Positions 1 to 10,896 are shown, counted from the whole stretch's first letter. The stretch: DNA of 63,848 bases, filler included, from Globobulimina sp. (GCA_003354225.1; 47 parts of 47 records of this genome joined end to end with filler, not necessarily neighbours in it), one strand, 5' to 3'. Translations and numbers: made by a program. Notes: generated by a model from the sequence alone, not told the origin.

Positions 1-1262
1 GATTGTTCGAAAGCGAAGGCGGTCTACGCACCACAGGCACCACCGCCCTATCTCCGCCATATTCATTATACGCATCATATCCGCCATAATACCAATCGTC
101 AAACTGCTCAAAACGCGCAGGAAAAGTCAACGTCGGACAACAACCCGCCCGAATAAGCCTCGCAATCAACGACGTACCAGAAATAGTAACACATTTATCA
201 GGATACGGTAGTTCCGCAATTATAGGCCATGGACCAAACGTATGATCGACGGTCGCGTGAGATATTCCCAATGGATCATTAATAATCTCAGCCATAGCAA
301 CACAAAAATGTTCAATTTGTCCCATCCGTTTATCGATTCTCTCTTTATGTGCTTCATACGTTGCCTGTCCCTTTACTGCCCATCGTCGAATCAACTCCAT
401 CGCCACAAGAATTTCACCCATCCCTTCCCTCGCATTTCCTGATTGCATTTTTTCCAAACCAACTTTAATTCCAGTTAAATAACCCATAATTTGATGAGAA
501 GCACCACTCAAATCAGCTGCAAATACCGTCAAATCCTTTGCGATCCCATCCACAATCTCGTGCAATACAAACGCTTCCTCAATAACCTTCATAAAATTAA
601 CTATCCTCACATATGCGCCAATTTTTACCTCCAACGTAAGTTTCCACGATGGCAATGTCTGTCAAATCACCCGCTCGTTTCCTCCACGGTTTCCGCCATC
701 TCCTTCTCCGCTCTCTCCTGTTCTGCGTCGAGAAACTCTTCCGTTTCCGCCATACGTTTATGCGAAAAGCGTATCCACTCTCTCGTTTTCGCCATACCCT
801 TTTTGAATTTCATCGTACCTTTTGTTTTATATATACGTTATACTGCAGTCTGCGCAGATTTTGGTTTCAAGACCAAGCGGACGTACCTTTAAATTTTTTG
901 TAAGCAGTGCGCAAATGGTCCACCACTTTACTTTTGAGGGATGCGCTTCGATGTGGAACGTCTGCTTTTACTTTTGGTTGTACGTCGGCGTTCATCTCAT
1001 ACAGATCTAGATATTCATCATAAATATCAGCCATTCGCCGCTTATTCTCATATTCACGATAATCTTCCTCCGCTTCTGCCTCTTCCATATGCGAAGTGTC
1101 ACGGGTATAAATATCATACTTTTTGGACGATTCAGCAAAGCCCGGTTTGTCAATGTTAAAATCAGCCATCAACATATAATCCTGCACTGATTCCGGCAAT
1201 TTAACATATAATTTCAGTATCTGACGATTTATATTGTTTTTCGCAGTCTTCACCGGTTTAAT
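1..1262 (-). CDS. Unknown multi-exon protein, partial at both ends, with an apparent frame disruption near 665
   Basis: ORF 867..1253 joins via GT-AG intron 819..886 to GTMKFKKGM...; a further open minus frame runs ~660 to 1 (TLPSWKL...DDWYYGGY...) and is not in the ORF track. Confidence 0.45.
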
Positions 1263-1362
1263 NNNNNNNNNNNNNNNNNNNNNNNNNNNNNNNNNNNNNN
1301 NNNNNNTTAATTAATTAANNNNNNNNNNNNNNNNNNNNNNNNNNNNNNNNNNNNNNNNNNNN
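1263..1362. other. Artificial contig linker (N44-TTAATTAATTAA-N44); the first of 46 identical linkers, spaced every ~1.36 kb
   Basis: Identical 100-nt block with stops in all six frames between segments of steadily falling length (1262 to 1259 bp). Confidence 0.99.
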
Positions 1363-1499
1363 AAGAGGTACGCATATTAGTACTAATATATATATTAGTT
1401 GTACTAATATATTTATAGAATGGAGCACATGTCACGCATTTTTTTACTAATATATAATATATATATTAGTTATAATATATAATATGCGTACCTCTTATC
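1363..1499. repeat. Short palindromic MITE-like element
   Basis: aagaggtacgcatatta (1363-1379) is the reverse complement of taatatgcgtacctctt (1480-1496); the same end motif recurs at 21008-21031. Confidence 0.7.
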
Positions 1500-1673
1500 C
1501 ACAGTTGTGAAAAACAGCATATTTTGAGCATCTACTTTGAACATACTAGCAATGCTTTTTTAGTACTTTTTACGACCAAAAATGGAAATATCAAATATTA
1601 TGTTATGTATCGATTCCCTATGAATATTTACACAATTTAATCATATTTTCGCGGTTCTTGACAAGAAACTTAT

Positions 1674-1949
1674 TTATTTATTACTCTTTCCATTTGTATA
1701 CATCTGACAATATTTTGGAGATGTAATCAAATATATCTTTTCCATCATATATTGCACTCTCAACACTCCTTTTTGATTCAAATACGATCGCCGACAGTCA
1801 TTACATATCACATGAAGTCCTTCCAATCCTTCCTCATCCACAAATCCTATTGGTATGTTTAATAGACAACAAAACATCACACAGTGTTCCAAATAATGAA
1901 ATTTTGGTGGCATATTAATGTTTGTTGCAATTTCTTTCTTTAACTCCAA
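1674..1949 (-). pseudogene. C-terminal fragment of a RAG1/Transib/Chapaev-like DDE transposase
   Basis: MPPKFHYLEHCVMFC..IPIGFVDEEGLEGLHVICNDCRR matches the PK.H..(.)H...IG..sEE..E..(H/N) block of these transposases. Confidence 0.68.
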
Positions 1950-2338
1950 CCATTTTGTAATTCATTTTTATAATCAACAAATTTCACATCATATTTTTTT
2001 AACTTATTTTCTAACGATTTTTTTTGTGTTTTCAAGCCACAAATTGTTCCATTTATGGCCCACTGTTGATTTTCTTTATTGTTTCTATTCAACACTGAAT
2101 TTGTAATATTATCATATAACGGAATATAATCTTTTTCAAATTCATTTCTTTTTCTATTTTCATGTTGTTTCATTTCAATTAACCATTCCTCAATCAACAG
2201 CATTGAAATATTATTAAACGGTTCAAACTCTTTCTGTAAAAACTTGGCTTTGTTACCGCTTCGTGATCGAGCGGTGATATTATATTCACCTCCTTTGGCT
2301 TTTATAGTATCAATAATATCTTTTCGCGTCCAGGCCAT
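1940..2338 (-). pseudogene. Probable N-terminal remnant of the same transposon ORF (charged, coiled-coil)
   Basis: 132-aa ORF inside the TIRs, same strand, out-of-frame junction with the C-terminal fragment. Confidence 0.4.
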
Positions 2339-2964
2339 TGTACCTTATTTTCTATTTTTTGCCTTTTCTTGCTCTGTATAATTATTTAAAAAGGTATAGA
2401 AACACAATATGTTATCTGACACTATATACATACTCTCAATCCATAATTCATGATATTTCTTGTCAAGTCGCGCGAGATTCTGTGTATTCAGTTCCTAGGC
2501 GATGGGACAAGTGATTTAGAACGTTTGTTAAACTTTGTTTGAGAAAGATTGGTTTGTTTGAGAAAGATGTCTATGCTTTCAAAAAAATTGAAGTCTTGAC
2601 CAACGCCAAAACTTCACAACTGTGNNNNNNNNNNNNNNNNNNNNNNNNNNNNNNNNNNNNNNNNNNNNTTAATTAATTAANNNNNNNNNNNNNNNNNNNN
2701 NNNNNNNNNNNNNNNNNNNNNNNNGTTAAGAAAAAAATATTATTTTTGAATCATTTGCGGCTTTATGAAAAGCTTTTTGCAATTTTGGTTCAAAAATCCT
2801 CAGAATCGTATAGCACAAAGATTTGGCCTTCGAGAGGTTTTGATTTGTGAATAATGTGTACATGCTACAATATTAAAAACTTATATTACTACTGTACATT
2901 TGAACACATATCCTTGCACACACAATATACCACCAAATGTTTGATACAACAATTCAATTCAGTG

Positions 2965-3922
2965 TCAGTGAGAAGAGCCTGAAGTAGCAACTTTATGTAA
3001 TTCCATTATAATCTGATCATTCTGCACAACATCACCTCTTGGTGTTGACACCTTTATTATTGTATTTGACTGTACATCGACAGTCATTCTTCGTCGAACA
3101 ATATCAATTTTATCATCCATTCCATTGTATTTACAGTTATTGCAACATCGAATACAACAAAAACATAATCGATTGTAATATATTTCATCCTTATAATACG
3201 GAGTCATTAATATGACACAAACAGAGTTTATTACCATATCAAATGATAAAATCAGAAATGAATCAGTCAATCCACCAATAATCAGCATACATAACGAACT
3301 TAGAAATTATAATTACAAACATATTGATAATAATATAAAATTTCAGAATCATACTATACACGTTTCTGTGCAATATGAATCTAAAATGTTTTATTTGTTT
3401 TTGTCAATACCTTAGAACTGCAGTCATTGTAACGATTAAAAATTTCAACCCAACCATTGCTAACAACGCTGTGTGTCGCGATAACGATTTTGTTTCATTT
3501 GGTATATCGTTTATTAATTGTTTCAAAGGGACAATGAATGCAAACAAACAGCAACAACTCATTACGACATCATAAGCTGCAGTCGAATATAAAATAAATG
3601 CCGGTATTACGATATTACAATAGATCGCAAAATATGAAAATTTATATGTCACATAATAGTCAGAGTACGTGTAATAAATCATGAATAAAATGAATATTGA
3701 ATTCAGAACAAGTGTAATAATACCAATGAATAATATTTTTTTAAAGTTATATTGATATTGTGATCCTTTGTAAACAGTATGCAATCTCAGTAATACAATG
3801 ATGTATAATCCACATTTAGCAATTTGCCAAAAACATGATATAGAAATGGATGTAAATGTGCAAAACGCTGACATAAAATACATATTTCCAATGGAACCAA
3901 GGATTAATGACAGAGTGTACAT
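2965..3922 (-). CDS. GPCR-like multi-pass (7TM-type) membrane protein, 5' partial
   Basis: Two hydrophobic ORFs joined in frame by GT-AG intron 3299..3410; LLRLH, F..PL and D..IN..C motifs; Cys-rich tail. Confidence 0.7.
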
Positions 3923-4086
3923 CTAAATAGTCACAAAAGCACAAAGTGTAACCATTACGCATATTCTATCAATTCCTGGGACATACNNNNNNNNNNNNNN
4001 NNNNNNNNNNNNNNNNNNNNNNNNNNNNNNTTAATTAATTAANNNNNNNNNNNNNNNNNNNNNNNNNNNNNNNNNNNNNNNNNNNN

Positions 4087-5128
4087 TAAAGTGGGCGGAA
4101 TGATTGAGACCTTCTCCGGTGCCATGAATGCGCAAGGCACGAATATGGAGAAGATAACAAAGACAGTGTCAACGCTCAATGAATATAAGCAAAAGACGCT
4201 GGCCATGCACAAGGCCCATTACATTGAGCTGTTTGCGACCGCATCAACTCTCACAACATTGAAGCATAACTTAGCGGCATTCAGAGTAAATCGCGTACGA
4301 TGCCAGTTAGCGAACCGCGGCGTGAAGCAAACTGAGGAAAGAGTGCCATTTGACGAGAAAGCACCGGGTTTTGACATGTTAATGCTCCTAACATTGGAGC
4401 ATATGGCCATGACGATGGTAGATAGGGAGGCTATGATCATGAAGACGAGAGCAATGATTTATGATTTGAAGCACATTCAAAGTGACCCAAATGTGGTCAA
4501 AATGAGTGATTTGTTGAAGGAATTTGAGAGAGAATTGGTACATAGAAAGGATATGATATCAATGCAATCGTGGATGGCAGAAAGAAGATTCTTTGAAATT
4601 GGCAATACCTCCACGCGAATACAGAAAGCTTTGCAGCAACTCATAAATAAGAAGGAGCAGCAAAGGAAGCAATTGGATGAGGAGAAGGAACAATTGTTGA
4701 TTTGGGAGGAAATGATGGGACTAAATTATGATGAGATTGATCAAGAAAAAATCGATGATTTGATTGAAAAATTGAAGAATGAGAAGACCCGGAAAGTGAA
4801 GATTATGACTGATGCAACAAAAAAGAAACGATGTCCGCATGACAAGAAAGTCGATGGATGTGTTGATAATTTATGGCATGATAATTGTGGCAGAGGTTGG
4901 CATTGCAATGGCATTCCCGGTGAACGTAAGGGAGAGCCAAACCCTTTGAAAACGAGAAAAAGACAAAGAAGAGAGACCAATATGATGGTTTATGACCAGA
5001 TCAAACCAGCATGGAATGCACAAAGCAGACAGCCACGGTATATGCAACCGGCTTATTCTGCACCGGCACCCAATGACCAATGGGCACAGCCTACGCATAA
5101 TCGTAATAATAGGAACAATCAACAATAA
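4087..5128 (+). CDS. Unknown coiled-coil protein with a Cys/His cluster, possibly retroelement gag/ORF1-like
   Basis: 345-aa ORF, helical and charged, followed by CPHD..GC..WHDNCGRGWHC. Confidence 0.5.
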
Positions 5129-5450
5129 ATTCGATAGCATATATCAAGGAACTGGCCAATAAAATAGTTCTTGAGTCTGATATATGGCGTGTCTTGCTTT
5201 TAAAACTTATATTTTCTTTTTGTTTTTTCTTGCTTTGTTTTCCAAACTTGCCTTATCAAACTTTGTGAAACATTATTATTTAAATTATATGTTTGTTTTT
5301 TTTCTTTATACGCAGTCGAAAAAATATAAAACACAACACCCGGCGGTCNNNNNNNNNNNNNNNNNNNNNNNNNNNNNNNNNNNNNNNNNNNNTTAATTAA
5401 TTAANNNNNNNNNNNNNNNNNNNNNNNNNNNNNNNNNNNNNNNNNNNNTA

Positions 5451-5787
5451 ATCGAGCTAGTTCATATGGTATTGAATATATGGAAATCCGCTGATTAGAT
5501 TTAATTATATTGGTCAAAATGTATTCTAATGGACAAATACATGGAAGTACATACAAAAAATCTAATTCCGCGAATATTTATTGAATTGGTCTCGTTCAAA
5601 CGAGATTGGAATCAGGATTCAATTCTTTATCATATAACTAAATTAGCAGAAGTAAATTTTCGTTGAAGATGGTCACCTCAGTTGTATGCACATCCGTTTA
5701 TCTGTCCATTATAATACATTTTGACCAATATAATCAAAACTAATCAGTGGATTTCCACCCATCCAATACCATATGAACTAGCTCGAT
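5451..5787. repeat. Foldback/MITE-like inverted repeat
   Basis: ~85-bp arms (5451-~5537 versus ~5701-5787), roughly 90% complementary. Confidence 0.85.
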
Positions 5788-6035
5788 CAGAGCTTTCAAA
5801 TGATATACTTATCGTCTTCTGGTGATGAATATTGATCGTATAGTGATGATTTCTGTTTAATATGTGAAGATAGAGTGATATATAACAAAACTGCCTTGAT
5901 GGAAGTGGTATAGATGCATAATATATGGATATTGACCTGTATGAGATTTGAAGACAAGCACAAGAATGATTCTTCATTCTTTATTTATTGCGAATCAACT
6001 GCAAAAGTACTAAAGTAAAAAACGCCCAACTAAAC

Positions 6036-6641
6036 ATGTTATCCTGTCTCAAACGGGCTAGTTCTTTCTATTCAGTAAATAAGCTACTTCCACAGTTTGT
6101 AACTTGTAGTTGTAAATGGATACATGCTCCGATGTCAACATCACAAGAAAATCGAATGAAAGATATAATCGAATTATGGGATTATGAATTGGAAAGGAAC
6201 AATGCTGGAGCATTTGGAATGCAATATATTGTGTCTCATCCAACCACACGGATTCAAAATAAGCACATATTAAAAGCGACATCGCTATTTCAACAAATTA
6301 TGGGTTATATTGCTGGCGCCGATGGATTGTCACAAGCTGAGATTGATTTATTGTGTGAAAATCAACACTTACTTTGCAATTATACATTTACATCGAAAGT
6401 TGCACGCAATAATTTAGAAATCGGTGCAAAATTTACTGAGCAACAATTGGATGACACCATTACGAAATATATGAATGAGTGTGGCATTGATAACACACCG
6501 CATATGATATCCGGCCTATATATGTGTCTATGTCTATCAGGGTCTGATGGTTTGGGCAATGAGGACATGAAGAAATATTTTATTGTTGCTGATAAAATGG
6601 GCTTTTCACGAGATAAATCCGATAAAATATTGAGTACTTAG
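6036..6641 (+). CDS. TerB-like domain protein with a presequence-like N-terminus
   Basis: Two (A/S)DG motifs: IAGADGLSQAEIDLL and LSGSDGLGNED...ADKMGFS; N-terminus MLSCLKRASSF is Ser/basic with no acidic residues. Confidence 0.6.
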   Translation: MLSCLKRASSFYSVNKLLPQFVTCSCKWIHAPMSTSQENRMKDIIELWDYELERNNAGAFGMQYIVSHPTTRIQNKHILKATSLFQQIMGYIAGADGLSQAEIDLLCENQHLLCNYTFTSKVARNNLEIGAKFTEQQLDDTITKYMNECGIDNTPHMISGLYMCLCLSGSDGLGNEDMKKYFIVADKMGFSRDKSDKILST

Positions 6642-6857
6642 TTTGTGGAATGCGAATGAATTGCTTCTTTTAAACAAGGAGAATCTTTTTGTTGTTTTAC
6701 TTTAGCTTTANNNNNNNNNNNNNNNNNNNNNNNNNNNNNNNNNNNNNNNNNNNNTTAATTAATTAANNNNNNNNNNNNNNNNNNNNNNNNNNNNNNNNNN
6801 NNNNNNNNNNATTTTCAAATATTTTAAAATTGAATGAAATATATTTGTAAATACTTT

Positions 6858-7934
6858 TTAAGTGCGAGCATTTTTTTTATGAAAACTGTTAAGTGTATTA
6901 TTGCGACAATGTGGCTGTTTATTATTGCTACCGCCGCTGCTTAGACTCATATCACTATGAACAGAACCTTGGATAGAACTTATACTCAAATAGTTTGACA
7001 GTTGAATACTTTGTATGTTATAATTATGATTAAGATTAGTGTTATTATTTGAATTGGAATAAACAGACATGCTCGAATAGGCAGCATCCATTGTAGGAGC
7101 ATGAACAGGCACAGACAGATTCGTGTTATTATTATAGTTATGGTTTGGACCGTTTGGTATATGTATCGACGGCAATGCTGATAATGGAGTAAATGCTGGG
7201 GAACTTTGACCTGAATTTAAAGAATCAGCTGAGGAGTGATCAGGACATAAACATTTCTGAGTGAACATTATTTTTATGGATTGTAAATGATTTGCGTTAT
7301 TATTTAAAAATGGAATGAATTCTGATGGTAAACATTTTACGTCGCATAATGATATTTCTTTAATTGTGGTAATTTTTGATGATTGATTGTTATAACTATG
7401 ATTTAAACAATTTATCGCATTCGAAATATCAAATAGTAATGATTTGGTTGTAATTTTTTTACACAAATTATAAATACGTAATCTTTGATACATTTCTTTT
7501 GTAGATTGTGAATAAATATATTGTGCATAATTTGGATCATCTGTGGCATGAAAATGATAGTTTCGTGTATGATGTATTGGGTGATAATAATTTTCAAAAT
7601 GTAGATTTAACATATTTTGCATATCACTCATATTCAATGATTTCACTGCAAAACGAATTGATTTAAGTTGTTTTGAACAAGACAACAATTTTGATTTCGG
7701 AATACCGATCGATGGGAAACGTATACGTTTTGAAATAACTTTGTTATAATTTAGGGAATTTTGTAGAATGTACGCTATCAATAAAATATGAGGATCCTCC
7801 AATAACAAATCTAATTTTTGTAAGGTTTCAATTGAAAATAATACAGACAACGTATCCCAATACGAATCCATTAGTGATTGATTGATATAATATATTAATT
7901 TATTATGTGATGGAATCGTTAAATCAAATTGCAA
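6858..7934 (-). CDS. Unknown protein with an Asn/Ser-rich low-complexity region
   Basis: 358-aa ORF in AT-rich DNA. Confidence 0.55.
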   Translation of the reverse strand: MQFDLTIPSHNKLIYYINQSLMDSYWDTLSVLFSIETLQKLDLLLEDPHILLIAYILQNSLNYNKVISKRIRFPSIGIPKSKLLSCSKQLKSIRFAVKSLNMSDMQNMLNLHFENYYHPIHHTRNYHFHATDDPNYAQYIYSQSTKEMYQRLRIYNLCKKITTKSLLFDISNAINCLNHSYNNQSSKITTIKEISLCDVKCLPSEFIPFLNNNANHLQSIKIMFTQKCLCPDHSSADSLNSGQSSPAFTPLSALPSIHIPNGPNHNYNNNTNLSVPVHAPTMDAAYSSMSVYSNSNNNTNLNHNYNIQSIQLSNYLSISSIQGSVHSDMSLSSGGSNNKQPHCRNNTLNSFHKKNART

Positions 7935-8172
7935 ACTACTAACATTACCAAATAATTTGCAATCAATCCGTTTCGAAAAAAAAAGAGGAAGACAACGTTT
8001 CGAATCATGATTTTGTTGATTCTGTCTTTGCGTAGATTGAGGAATTGGGTTTTTGTTATTGCCGCACGCATANNNNNNNNNNNNNNNNNNNNNNNNNNNN
8101 NNNNNNNNNNNNNNNNTTAATTAATTAANNNNNNNNNNNNNNNNNNNNNNNNNNNNNNNNNNNNNNNNNNNN

Positions 8173-9434
8173 CCCATACCAGTCCCAATGCACATACTCA
8201 CAATACCTCTTTTTGCACCTCTCCTTTCCATTTCTTTTAACAAAGTAACAGCCATTCGAGTCCCCGTACAACCCAAAGGATGACCAAATGCAATTGCACC
8301 ACCATTCACATTTACAATATCCATATCTAAGCCCAATGTATCAACACAATACTTAGCTTGTGATGCAAATGCTTCATTTATTTCAAATAAATCAATATCA
8401 GACAACGCAAAGCCCGCTTGTTTGCATACTTTTGGTATTGCAAAAGCTGGGCCAACGCCCATGATCTCCGGTGGTACGCCACTCACTGCAAAAGCTGTAA
8501 ATCTGCCCAAAACTTTCAACCTCAACTTATTTGCTACGCTGCGTCTCATCATCAATATAGCCGCCGCACCGTCAGATACCTTATAAGTTATAATTAACAG
8601 AAATCATATTTTTGTTGTTGATAAAATCGATCAGCTCAACTTGTGATGAATTGCCAGCTGTGGCACTCCCACCTTTTCTAAATGCCGCCCTCAACTTAGA
8701 TAATCCTTTCATATTCGTATTCGGCCGAATTCCATCGTCTTTATCCACTGTAATGGTTTTCATTTTGCCTTAGATTTTCTTGTGTTTTTATTTCTATTTC
8801 AACAGCCAAATTAAATAATATTTATACCTGTTTTGGGATCTTTCCACTGCGTAGTAATCGGTAATATTTCCTGCGCAAATTTCTTATTTTCACCGAAAGT
8901 TGCCGCTGCTGCGCGTTTTTGTGATAACATGGCAAATTCGTCTTGTTCTTGTCGGGAAATGTTATATTTTGCTGCAACATTTTCAGATGTAATGCCCATT
9001 GGAACATAACAATGCAATGCATCCATATTCATTTTAACCTCATCAGGAATGTGTGTTTTCTTTGTTGGTGGTCCAGTTTGAGACATTAATTCCAAACCAG
9101 CTGCGATACCAACATCAATATAGCCAGCTTTGATCGAAGCAGCAATGTCAGCAATTGACTGCAATCCAGACGAACATTGTCTATTTACAGTACGCAACGT
9201 GGTGGTTATTGGTATTCCAGCAATAAATTGAGCTTGGCGACATTCTCCAGCCCGTTGCTTTTGTACTGTACCAATGCAAATATCGTCTACTAAATCGGGT
9301 GAGGGCAAATCTTTAATCACATATTTGAAACATGGAGCTAATAAACTGATTGAATGAGTATCTTTAAATGAACCTCTTCGAGCCTTACCAATCGCAGTGC
9401 GGATAGCTGATACAAAATTAGCCCCTCTAGAAAC
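8173..9434 (-). CDS. 3-ketoacyl-CoA thiolase (peroxisomal type), partial, 2 introns
   Basis: VNRQCSSGLQ, MGITSENVA, GNSSQVSDGAAA, EINEAFASQ, GAIAFGHPLGCTG, SMCIGTGM; introns 8769..8827 and 8580..8640. Confidence 0.97.
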
Positions 9435-9818
9435 NNNNNNNNNNNNNNNNNNNNNNNNNNNNNNNNNNNNNNNNNNNNTTAATTAATTAANNNNNNNNNN
9501 NNNNNNNNNNNNNNNNNNNNNNNNNNNNNNNNNNAAATACGAGTACAACCACATATATGTTAATTTTTCGAGATGGTAAATAAATTTAATATGTAATGGC
9601 TGAGATTGGACACTTGTTTTTATGATATTACACGACTGTTTCTGCCGAAAAAAGCAACATGTTATTCGACAACAAACTGAATAGCATATTCTATGAGATG
9701 CATCAATATATATGCAGTAAAAAAATAAATTAAAAGACATGTTTTTAACTACCTCGTAACATTTTTCTCATCTTTCTAATGTCACAATGCTGACACTTGC
9801 TAGCATGGAATATTAAAT

Positions 9819-9889
9819 GTGCACATAGCTCAACGAAGAGCACTGGCTTATTAAACCCAGAGATACAGGTTCCAATCCTGTTGTGTACA
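9819..9889 (+). ncRNA. tRNA-like element (non-canonical, 8-nt anticodon loop)
   Basis: Acceptor GTGCACA/TGTGTAC, D stem GCTC/GAGC, T arm ACAGG-TTCCAAT-CCTGT; no D-loop GG. Confidence 0.7.
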
Positions 9890-10126
9890 GTCATGGCTAT
9901 CGCCACATCCACGGTTTGTATTGTATTCTATTTATCTTTCTATTTATAAATAATTTACTGTTCTATTTAATTAATAGTTCTATTGTTTATGCAGTTTGTT
10001 TTGCTTTGTATTAAATTATTTTGTTTTGCTTTGCTTATTTTGTATTTGTTTTATTTTATTTTGTTTTGCTTATTTTGCTTTGCTTTTGCTTTTAAAAGTA
10101 ATTATTTTGCTTTTAAAAACAAAAAA

Positions 10127-10327
10127 TATTCTCTTTGTTTAAGGATATAATTTTTTGTCTTTGTGCAAGGATATTTGTAATTAATCACTGCGCTCAATTA
10201 CTAGTAATTGAGTGCTTTATCGTAAATGAATTATTCTCTTTGAGTGTTTGTGCAAGGATATTTTTTTCCGTTTTGTGCAAGGATATTTGTAATCAATCAC
10301 TGTGCTCAATTACTACTAATTGAGTGC
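10127..10327. repeat. Two ~100-110-bp direct repeats, each ending in a palindrome
   Basis: ttgtgcaaggatatttgtaat.aatcactg.gctcaattacta.taattgagtgc occurs twice. Confidence 0.8.
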
Positions 10328-10556
10328 ATTTTTGTTTTCATAAACACATATTTAGTAAAGTTCGCATTCTCATTGTCATTTTGGATTATTTGCAAAAGGG
10401 TTTTTGCTTTTAGTTCATTTCTTCAATGAACGCTTTGATAATTGAAGAAAAAAAAACTTTTGTCATTTAGAAACATAACATTTTGCTTTCGATCGTCATG
10501 GCACTCAGCGAATTACAAATCAAATGCAATCTCAATCCAATGCACAGTCCACAAAC

Positions 10557-10627
10557 TCCTGCCTAGCTCAAGTAGAGCACTGGATAGATACATCCAGAAG
10601 ATTCAGGTTCAAAGCCTGAGGCGGCCC
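10557..10627 (+). ncRNA. tRNA-like element (non-canonical, 8-nt anticodon loop)
   Basis: TAGCTCAAGTAGAGC D arm, CTGGA/TCCAG stem, T arm TCAGG-TTCAAAG-CCTGA, 5-bp acceptor pairing. Confidence 0.65.
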
Positions 10628-10664
10628 CAACAAAGTATTTATTATTATAGGTATTTAGTATGGT

Positions 10665-10796
10665 TTCATGGACAGATTGGCGCAGTCTTTACGATATTGG
10701 ATCGCGTACAAACTTCACAATGACAGCGGCTGGAAAGGCATCAAAGTGATTCTGTCCGACGCCAATATTCCCGGCGAAGGCGAGCATAAAATCGCG
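10665..10796 (+). CDS. XRN2: 5'-3' exoribonuclease (XRN2/Rat1-type) exon fragment
   Basis: [44 protein letters not shown], the XRN N-domain PGEGEHKI motif; absent from the ORF track. Confidence 0.9.
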
Positions 10797-10896
10797 NNNN
10801 NNNNNNNNNNNNNNNNNNNNNNNNNNNNNNNNNNNNNNNNTTAATTAATTAANNNNNNNNNNNNNNNNNNNNNNNNNNNNNNNNNNNNNNNNNNNN

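Larger units (their letters stand above)
1500..2624 (-). mobile_element. Internally deleted CAC-terminal DNA transposon of the Chapaev/Transib/RAG1-like group
   Basis: Perfect 12-bp TIRs cacagttgtgaa (1500-1511) and ttcacaactgtg (2613-2624); second 12-bp IR pair at 1657-1668 and 2456-2467; encloses a transposase C-terminal motif. Confidence 0.72.

Noticed and set aside
1495-1503. TTATCCACA, a perfect DnaA box, next to an AT-rich tract
   Set aside because: Single copy formed by the junction of two repeat ends in eukaryotic DNA; no bacterial origin context.
1500-1540. A true RSS (heptamer-12/23-nonamer) at the CACAG ends
   Set aside because: No ACAAAAACC-like nonamer at 12 or 23 nt from either end.
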